From a bacterium (GTDB taxonomy: Bacteria; Bacillota; Clostridia; TANB77; RGIG9151): a stretch of 14,519 bases of DNA. The position numbers and the translations under genes were made by a program. Below are positions 8,192-14,519 of the stretch, piece after piece. Under the pieces are notes generated by a model. The model was not told where the DNA came from, made no database searches, and worked only from the letters and a program-made list of their open reading frames with translations. The first letter of the stretch is position 1. Each line of letters opens with the position of its first letter. The stretch lies in assembly GCA_963635575.1 (NCBI GenBank), contig CAVHFU010000035.1, forward strand, positions 1 through 14,519. The letters are read 5' to 3'.

Positions 8192-11100
8192 ATGGATAAA
8201 AAAATGTATACTTTGTCACGTCCGCAGAAAACTATTTGGTATATGGAGAAATTGTATAAAGATTCTGGAATGACAAACATTTGTGGAACAGTAAGATTTA
8301 AAATTGGAGTTGATTTTGAACTTTTATGTAAAGCAATTAACATTTTTGTTTCTGCTAATGATGCTATGCGTGTTAAAGTGCTGGAGGACAATGGAACCCC
8401 ATATCAATATATAAAGGATTATAAAGAGTTTGAAGTTAAATTTGTTGATTTCTCTGATAAAACTAAAGAAGAGTTTTATAGATGGGAAGAAATTGAGAGC
8501 AAGAAACCAATTGATACTTCAAGTAGCGAATTGTTTGAATTCATAATGATTAAATTTAGTGATTCAGAGGGCGGATATCTTATAAAAATTAACCATATCA
8601 TTAGTGATGCGTGGAGCATTATGCTTTTGGTAAGCGACATAAAAGATATATATTCCGAGTTAATTTATGGAAATTTTAGGAAATATGAAAAGCCTTCTTA
8701 TTTAGATTATATAGACTCGGAGGAAGAATATTTTAGTTCAAAGCGTTATATTTCGGATAAAGAATATTGGGAAGAGAAGTTAAAAGATTTCGAAGAAGTT
8801 ACAACATTAAAAGACAATGTAGGAGATAAAAGCTTTACTAACGCTACCAGAAGGACGTTTTTGATACCTGAAAAATTAAACAGAAAAATGAAGTCTTTTT
8901 GCGAAGAAAATAAAGTGTCGGAATATGCATTATTTATAGGTGCATTGGCTATGTACATAAATAGAGTTAAAAATAAAGAAAATATATTGCTTGGTACATC
9001 TTTATTAAATAGAACTGGAATAAAGGAAAAAGAAACGATGGGAATGTTTGCTAGTACGGCCGTTCCACTAAAAGTTGATATTAAAGATGATACAAACTTT
9101 AGCATGTTTATAAAAGAAATATCAAAAGAAATTTTGTCTGTTTTGAGGCATCAAAAATACCCTTATGAAGATATGCTTAAAATAGCTCAAAACGCCAATA
9201 AATCAGCTGACAAAATATTTGATATAGTTCTTAACTATCAAAATGCAAAAGGAACTAAGGGCGTTTTAGAGCATGAAGTATCGTATTCTACAAGATGGAA
9301 TTTCAATGGGGAGCAAATCGAGTCCTTAATTGTTAATGTAAATGATAGAGATAATGAAGGTAGATTAATAATAGATTATGATTTCTTAAACCATATGTTT
9401 TGTATTAAGGAAATAGAGTTTTTACATCAACATATTATTAATATTTTATGGCATGCATTAGACAATCCGGAGAAAGCGATATCAAAGCTAGAAATGCTTT
9501 CAGAGGATGAAAAAAGGCAAATTCTATTTGATTTTAATGATACAGAAGCAACTTATAATAAGAATATTACAATACACGAATTATTTGAAGAAATAGTAAG
9601 AAAATATCCGAATAATATTGCTGTCAAATTTGAAAATGAGACTATCACTTATAGAGAGCTAAATGAAAAGGCAAATAGTTTAGCTAGAACTTTAAGAAAG
9701 TTGGGTGTAAGGCGTCAGGATATCATTGCAGTTATAATGTATAAGTCAATAAATACGATAATTGCCACTTTGGGTATTCTTAAAGCCGGGGCAGCATACT
9801 TGCCAATTGATCCTGATTTTCCAAGCGATAGGAAGAACTTTATGATTACTGACTGCAATTCAAGAGTACTGATTACTGAACAAAAGTTAAAAAACGAGAA
9901 TCCTTTTGATGGAACAGTTATATGTTTAGACGAGGAAGGAGTATTCTGTGAAGATATAACTAATTTAGAAAATATAAATGAATCCGCTGATTTGATTTAT
10001 ATAATTTATACATCCGGTTCTACGGGTAATCCAAAAGGAGTTATGTTAGAACACAGAAATGTTGTAAGGCTTCTATTTAACAGTAAATTCCAGTATGATT
10101 TTAATGAGAATGACGTTTGGACAATGTTTCACTCATATTGTTTTGATTTTTCGGTGTGGGAAATGTATGGTGCACTGCTTTATGGCGGAAAACTTATAAT
10201 TATATCTAAGGAAACCTCAAAAGACTTAAATAAATTTGTCAAATTGCTTAGAGAAGAAAATGTTAGTGTACTTAATCAAACACCGGCAATGTTTTATAAT
10301 GTAATTAATGAAGAAATGTTATATAATGACGCTGATTTAAGCATAAGGTATGTTATTTTTGGGGGAGAGGCATTAAATCCTAGTAAATTAAAACCATTTA
10401 GAGAGAAATATCGAAAATGTAAATTAATTAATATGTATGGAATAACTGAGACAACGGTTCATGTTACATTTAAAGAGCTGAGTGATGATGACATAGAAAG
10501 TGGGAAGAGTAATATAGGTAGGCCTATTCCAACATTAAAAACATATATAATGGATAAAAATTTGAACTTATTGCCAATTGGAATACCAGGGGAGATTTGT
10601 GTTTCCGGTGATGGAGTTGCGAGGGGGTATTTGAATCAAAAAGAACTAACCGATAAAAAATTTGTTGTTAATCCGTATAGCCCAAATAAAAGATTATATC
10701 GTTCCGGTGACTTAGGAAGATTTTTTGCAAGAGGAGATATGGAATACTTAGGAAGGATTGACAGTCAAGTTAAGGTTAGAGGTTTTAGAGTTGAAATAGG
10801 TGAGATTGAACGAAATATATCTAGTTTTCCTAAGGTAAAAGATGTTGTAGTTATTCCTAAAAAGGACGAAAATGAAAAGAGCTATTTAGTTGCTTATTTA
10901 GTATGTACACAGGCGATAGATATTCAGGAATTAAAAAAACATTTAGGGAAATTTATGCCGACATATATGATTCCTTCATATTTTGTATTTATGGAAAAAT
11001 TACCAATTAATGCCAACGGAAAGATAAATAGAAAGGAATTGCCTGAACCTTTAAGAGAAATAAAAGAGGATGTACCATATGTTGAACCTAGAGATAAAAC

Positions 11101-12511
11101 CGACAAAGTTTTGCAAACCGTTTTCTCAGAGGTTTTAAAGCTAGAGAATATAGGAATAGATAATGATTTTTTTGCTATGGGAGGAGATTCTTTAACGGTT
11201 ATTCAAGCATTGACTAAATTATATAAATATGATTTAGGAATTAGTGCTACGGATTTTTATAAGTATCCTACAATTAGGTTGCTAAGTAATAAAGTTAAAA
11301 ATAATATACAATTAGATGATGATATGCAAAGAGAGTCTTTTGCAGTGGTCCCTGATTTCAAATTATCAGAGAAGTTAACTAATAGGGAAATGAAAAATGT
11401 TTTAGTTACGGGCGCAACCGGTTTCTTAGGTAGTCATATTGTAAAGAATTTGTTAGATAATACTGAGGCTAAAGTTTATTGTTTGGTTAGAGGGAGCTCT
11501 CAAACTGAAGCAAGGGAAAGGTTTTTTAAAGTATTTAAATTTTATTTTAATACTCAATATTGCGAAGATAGAATAGAAATTATTAACGGGGATATTACTA
11601 TGGAAGATCTTGGAGTAGACTCTGAAATGTCTTATAAATTGGGCAGAACAATAGACAATATTATACATACAGCTGCACTTGTTAAATATTATGGGGATTA
11701 CAAAGAATTTGAAACAATTAATATAGCGGGTGTTAGAAATGTAATGATTTTCGCAAAAAAATATGACATAAAACTTAATCACATTTCTACAATAGGTATT
11801 TCAGGGAGCTATTTAGTAAGAAATAACATAAATTCAAAAGAGCTTACAGAAAAAGATTTATATGTTGGTCAAAATTACACTGAAAATGCTTATGTTAAGA
11901 CTAAATTCTTAGCTGAAAATATGCTATTGAATGAGATTAGTAATGGACTAAAATTGACTATATTTAGAATGGGAAATTTAACAGGAAGGTATAGCGATGG
12001 GTATTTTCAAAAGAATGCCAAGGATAATGCTTTTTATAATATATTAAAATCTATAATTGAACTAAAAAAAGTCTCTTCAGACATGGATGATGTAGATGTT
12101 GAGCTTACGCCAGTTGATATGGCTGCAAATTGTGTGGTAAACATTGCTAAAACTAATGAATGCGATTCTAGAATTTTTCATATAACAAATTATAAAGAAC
12201 CACATTTTGAAAAAATAAGACATATGTTAGTAGAACTTGGCTTTGATATTCAAGTTATTAGTAACGATGAATTTAATAGGTACATAAAAGAAGTGGCAGG
12301 TAAGGACGAGGAAAGTGAAATACTTAGAGGTATAATTACAGATATGGGGACAGATGGTAGTCTGAATTATAATATACCTGTAAAAGCGACTGCAAATATT
12401 ACAGCAAAATATCTAAAAATGTTAGGATTCGAATGGCCTGATATAGAAATTGAATACGTAAAAAGGATAGTGGATTATTTAAATTCAATAAATTATTTTG
12501 AAATTAAATAA
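8192..12511 (+). CDS. Single-module non-ribosomal peptide synthetase, C-A-T-R (condensation / adenylation / thiolation / terminal thioester reductase)
   Basis: 1439-aa ORF. The RBS AGGGAGG (8177-8183) lies 8 nt before ATG 8192. C domain (about 8204-9495): C1 LSRPQKTIWYMEKL, C3 INHIISDAWS (N134-H135...D139, 8591-8611), C5 MGMFASTAVPLKV, C6 HQKYPYED. A domain (about 9566-11040): A1 ITYRELN, A2 LKAGAAYLPIDP, A3 YTSGSTGNPKG (10007-10039), A4 FDFSVWE (10142-10162), A5 NMYGITETT, A6 GEICVSGDGVARGYL, A7 YRSGDLG, A8 GRIDSQVKVRGFRVEIGEIE, A9 MPTYMIP, A10 NGKINRKEL. T domain (about 11093-11300): FFAMGGDSL with the Ppant Ser1000 at 11189-11191. R domain (about 11396-12508): Rossmann VLVTGATGFLGSHI (11399-11440), GDITMEDLG, and YVKTK (Y1234/K1238, 11891-11905). 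Confidence 0.93.
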   Translation: MDKKMYTLSRPQKTIWYMEKLYKDSGMTNICGTVRFKIGVDFELLCKAINIFVSANDAMRVKVLEDNGTPYQYIKDYKEFEVKFVDFSDKTKEEFYRWEEIESKKPIDTSSSELFEFIMIKFSDSEGGYLIKINHIISDAWSIMLLVSDIKDIYSELIYGNFRKYEKPSYLDYIDSEEEYFSSKRYISDKEYWEEKLKDFEEVTTLKDNVGDKSFTNATRRTFLIPEKLNRKMKSFCEENKVSEYALFIGALAMYINRVKNKENILLGTSLLNRTGIKEKETMGMFASTAVPLKVDIKDDTNFSMFIKEISKEILSVLRHQKYPYEDMLKIAQNANKSADKIFDIVLNYQNAKGTKGVLEHEVSYSTRWNFNGEQIESLIVNVNDRDNEGRLIIDYDFLNHMFCIKEIEFLHQHIINILWHALDNPEKAISKLEMLSEDEKRQILFDFNDTEATYNKNITIHELFEEIVRKYPNNIAVKFENETITYRELNEKANSLARTLRKLGVRRQDIIAVIMYKSINTIIATLGILKAGAAYLPIDPDFPSDRKNFMITDCNSRVLITEQKLKNENPFDGTVICLDEEGVFCEDITNLENINESADLIYIIYTSGSTGNPKGVMLEHRNVVRLLFNSKFQYDFNENDVWTMFHSYCFDFSVWEMYGALLYGGKLIIISKETSKDLNKFVKLLREENVSVLNQTPAMFYNVINEEMLYNDADLSIRYVIFGGEALNPSKLKPFREKYRKCKLINMYGITETTVHVTFKELSDDDIESGKSNIGRPIPTLKTYIMDKNLNLLPIGIPGEICVSGDGVARGYLNQKELTDKKFVVNPYSPNKRLYRSGDLGRFFARGDMEYLGRIDSQVKVRGFRVEIGEIERNISSFPKVKDVVVIPKKDENEKSYLVAYLVCTQAIDIQELKKHLGKFMPTYMIPSYFVFMEKLPINANGKINRKELPEPLREIKEDVPYVEPRDKTDKVLQTVFSEVLKLENIGIDNDFFAMGGDSLTVIQALTKLYKYDLGISATDFYKYPTIRLLSNKVKNNIQLDDDMQRESFAVVPDFKLSEKLTNREMKNVLVTGATGFLGSHIVKNLLDNTEAKVYCLVRGSSQTEARERFFKVFKFYFNTQYCEDRIEIINGDITMEDLGVDSEMSYKLGRTIDNIIHTAALVKYYGDYKEFETINIAGVRNVMIFAKKYDIKLNHISTIGISGSYLVRNNINSKELTEKDLYVGQNYTENAYVKTKFLAENMLLNEISNGLKLTIFRMGNLTGRYSDGYFQKNAKDNAFYNILKSIIELKKVSSDMDDVDVELTPVDMAANCVVNIAKTNECDSRIFHITNYKEPHFEKIRHMLVELGFDIQVISNDEFNRYIKEVAGKDEESEILRGIITDMGTDGSLNYNIPVKATANITAKYLKMLGFEWPDIEIEYVKRIVDYLNSINYFEIK

Positions 12512-12533
12512 TACGAAAGAAAGAGTGAAAAAT

Positions 12534-14519
12534 ATGAGAAAAAGGTCTGATGTATGGGGAATTATAAATATTTATAATATTATAATAGTAATATTGGGAA
12601 TAGGATTTTATTTTTTACTACCTATTTTGTTAAATTATGCACCAGGGTCATATAATAGTTATTTTGAGACTCAAATAGATTCGGGAATGAATTATTTTGT
12701 TCAGTTTTTCTTAGCAATACTTGCAGTAATTATTATTGTTGACACTCTCGTATGGTTTCAATTTAAAGAAATCAAGAGTTTGGAAGGGATAACTTTAGAT
12801 GATAATACACGAGATAAAGAATGTAAAATAAAAGCAAAATGCTTTAGGTTACCATTTAGATTATACTTATATGAAATAACTATAATTCCAGTAATAGTCG
12901 CTATTGTCTTGTGGATAACTAAAACTGAAATAGGGTTAATTGTAAAAACAACGTTGATAATATTTTTATTTGCCACAGTCCTTTCTACATCAGCATACGT
13001 GTTTACTAGAAATAAAATGAAACAGCTTTTCAACAGGATAAACAATTTTGAAATATGTGGAGGAAAGTCTAATATAAGTCTTGCTAGTAAAATATTTTTG
13101 CAAATTTTTCCGCTTTTTTTGGTGATTTCAATTTTCTTATCATTTTTAGGATATGTAAGAATGATTAATGAAAAAGGACTAATGCGATTCGAAGAATATA
13201 CAGTAAGATTAGATGAAAGTTTGAGTCATAACATCGCCACAGAAAAAGAATTGTTTGAATCAGCAAATAAGATAGTTAGAATAAATCCTAATGACGAGAT
13301 GTTTATAATACGAAATAATGAAGTTCTTTATAATGAAGGCAGTGAATTAAGTGGTTTTTTCATAAAATATGCAACAATTTTAGGAGAGGAATATAATGGA
13401 CATTTGTACGACTATTATGGTTCAGATATTCAGGGAACAGCAGAATATATAAAGATAGAAAATAACAATTATATAGTAGGCGTAAAATATAATTTAGTAT
13501 CTCAAGAAATGATTTTGGTTTTTGTTTGCGGTACAGTTTTTATGTTGCTTTTGACGATATTTGTACTTGTATTTTTAAGCAAGGACTTATCGGACGATAT
13601 CGGTGAGGTAGGAAAGTATTTGTATAAGCTTTCTAATCAAGATAGCATAGATTACGATAAAAAACTTCCTGTTACCTCTAATGATGAAATTGGTGAGTTG
13701 GTTATCTCTTTCAATAAAATTCTTGATTTAGAAAAGAACAACATTGAAACTATGTCTAGAAACCAAGAAATTTTAGTAGAACAAGAACGTCTTTCGTCTT
13801 TAGGACAATTAATTGGTGGTATTGCACACAACTTAAAAACACCTATAATGTCTATTGCCGGAGCTTTAGAAGGGGTAGAGGATTTAATAAAAGAGTATGA
13901 TGAATCAATAGATGATAGCCAGGTAACAAAGGAGGATCATCATCAAATTGCAGGTGAAATGAAAGAATGGATAAGCAAAATAAGACCGTATTTATCATAT
14001 ATGACTGAAGTTATCGATGCGGTAAAGGGGCAAGCTGTTTCAATGAATGCTTCAACCGTGGGAGAATTCTCAGCAGAGGAACTTATTGCAAGAACTCAGA
14101 TTTTAATGAAAAATGAGTTAAAACGACGTCATTGTAATTTAAGTCTTGATTTAAATATTGGCGAGAAAACACAAATTAAAGGTGAAATAAGTGCAATAGT
14201 TCAAGTTATGGATAACTTAATAATTAATGCTATGGATGCTTATGGAGAAAAGGGCGGAAATATAGACATTAAGGTAAGAGAAGATGAGGAGAAGATATAT
14301 ATAGAGGTAGCTGATTTGGCAGGTGGAATATCCGAAACTGTTAAAGACAAATTATTTAAGGAGATGATTACTTCAAAAGGCAAGAACGGAACAGGTTTAG
14401 GACTTTATATGTGCTATTCGACTATTAAAGGAAAGTTTGATGGTGACATGTGGTTTGAAAGTAAAGATGGAGTAGGTACGACTTTCCATATTATATTAAA
14501 TAAGCTAAAGATTTTATAA
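12534..14519 (+). CDS. Membrane sensor histidine kinase (6 predicted TM, extracytoplasmic loop domain, HAMP, HisKA/DHp, HATPase_c)
   Basis: The ORF track opens at TTG 12498, overlapping the NRPS stop. ATG 12534 is preferred: it gives MRKRSDVWG..., is preceded by the purine-rich GAAAGAAAGAGTG, and lies 22 nt after the NRPS stop. Hydrophobic segments lie at about aa 8-33, 54-76, 108-129, 133-156, 184-207 and 326-348, with K/R-rich loops consistent with positive-inside topology. A HAMP-like segment runs SKDLSDDIGEVGKYL...NDEIGELVISFNKIL (about 13578-13735). The H-box is SLGQLIGGIAHNLKTPI, with the phospho-acceptor His codon at 13827-13829. The N-box is VMDNLIINAMDAY, the G1 box is VADLAGGI and the G2 box is GKNGTGLGLYM. 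The stop TAA at 14517-14519 is the last triplet of the window, so the CDS is complete. Confidence 0.9.
   Translation: MRKRSDVWGIINIYNIIIVILGIGFYFLLPILLNYAPGSYNSYFETQIDSGMNYFVQFFLAILAVIIIVDTLVWFQFKEIKSLEGITLDDNTRDKECKIKAKCFRLPFRLYLYEITIIPVIVAIVLWITKTEIGLIVKTTLIIFLFATVLSTSAYVFTRNKMKQLFNRINNFEICGGKSNISLASKIFLQIFPLFLVISIFLSFLGYVRMINEKGLMRFEEYTVRLDESLSHNIATEKELFESANKIVRINPNDEMFIIRNNEVLYNEGSELSGFFIKYATILGEEYNGHLYDYYGSDIQGTAEYIKIENNNYIVGVKYNLVSQEMILVFVCGTVFMLLLTIFVLVFLSKDLSDDIGEVGKYLYKLSNQDSIDYDKKLPVTSNDEIGELVISFNKILDLEKNNIETMSRNQEILVEQERLSSLGQLIGGIAHNLKTPIMSIAGALEGVEDLIKEYDESIDDSQVTKEDHHQIAGEMKEWISKIRPYLSYMTEVIDAVKGQAVSMNASTVGEFSAEELIARTQILMKNELKRRHCNLSLDLNIGEKTQIKGEISAIVQVMDNLIINAMDAYGEKGGNIDIKVREDEEKIYIEVADLAGGISETVKDKLFKEMITSKGKNGTGLGLYMCYSTIKGKFDGDMWFESKDGVGTTFHIILNKLKIL

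Noticed and set aside
7903-8391. Plus-strand 68-aa ORF (7903-8109) and minus-strand 93-aa ORF (8110-8391).
   Set aside because: The first is antisense to the DUF1540-like gene, which has the RBS, the Cys pattern and the terminator. The second overlaps the NRPS promoter, RBS and N-terminus in antisense. Both have hydrophobic low-complexity translations.
12498-12533. TTG start at 12498 for the kinase, overlapping the NRPS stop by 14 nt.
   Set aside because: It is a non-ATG start with no upstream SD. The added 12 residues (MKLNNTKERVKN) are not needed. ATG 12534 follows a purine-rich stretch and begins with a typical positively charged pre-TM segment. Translational coupling from 12498 cannot be fully excluded.
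8746-13045. Antisense ORFs inside the NRPS and kinase (8746-9105, 10924-11106, 11453-11782, 12758-13045).
   Set aside because: They are embedded in frames carrying complete NRPS and kinase motif sets. They show no RBS or recognisable domains and are shadow ORFs.
7840-14519. Using the visibly higher AT content of the NRPS/kinase block as proof of horizontal transfer.
   Set aside because: Highly expressed core genes such as rpoBC are normally more GC-rich and codon-optimised than average genes in AT-rich genomes. The contrast alone is therefore not diagnostic, and no mobility genes or flanking repeats were seen.
1-14519. I scanned for CRISPR repeats, IS/transposase or integrase genes, tRNA/rRNA genes, toxin-antitoxin pairs and RiPP precursor/tailoring sets.
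   Set aside because: I found no regularly spaced direct repeats, no cloverleaf-like or rRNA-like segments, and no additional ORFs outside the five genes described.

Overview
The window comes from a very AT-rich bacterium, most likely a low-GC Firmicute of the Clostridia/Tissierellia type; this is inferred from codon usage, AGGAGG-type RBSs and RpoB/RpoC sequence character. It splits into two parts. (1) Positions 1-7.9 kb are core: a candidate near-consensus promoter and a roughly 260-nt leader, then rpoB (440..4174) and rpoC (best start 4207, end 7839), closed by a perfect 14-bp-stem bidirectional terminator. (2) Positions 7.9-14.5 kb look accessory. They hold a small Cys-rich DUF1540-like protein on the minus strand (7886..8047), convergent on rpoC and divergent from the next gene. 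Next is one intact 1439-aa single-module NRPS with C-A-T-R architecture (8192..12511). By hand alignment its A-domain specificity code reads DFWNIGMVHK, the canonical Thr code, and it ends in a thioester reductase instead of a TE. A 6-TM/HAMP sensor histidine kinase follows only 22 nt later (12534..14519). No rRNA, tRNA, CRISPR array, transposase or integrase was recognised. The most interesting item is the orphan C-A(Thr)-T-R NRPS, which appears co-transcribed with a multi-pass membrane kinase at the position where the rpsL-rpsG-fusA-tuf block normally follows rpoC. It is a candidate small aldehyde- or alcohol-releasing biosynthetic/sensing module. Its acyl donor, PPTase, exporter and response regulator are not encoded in this window.
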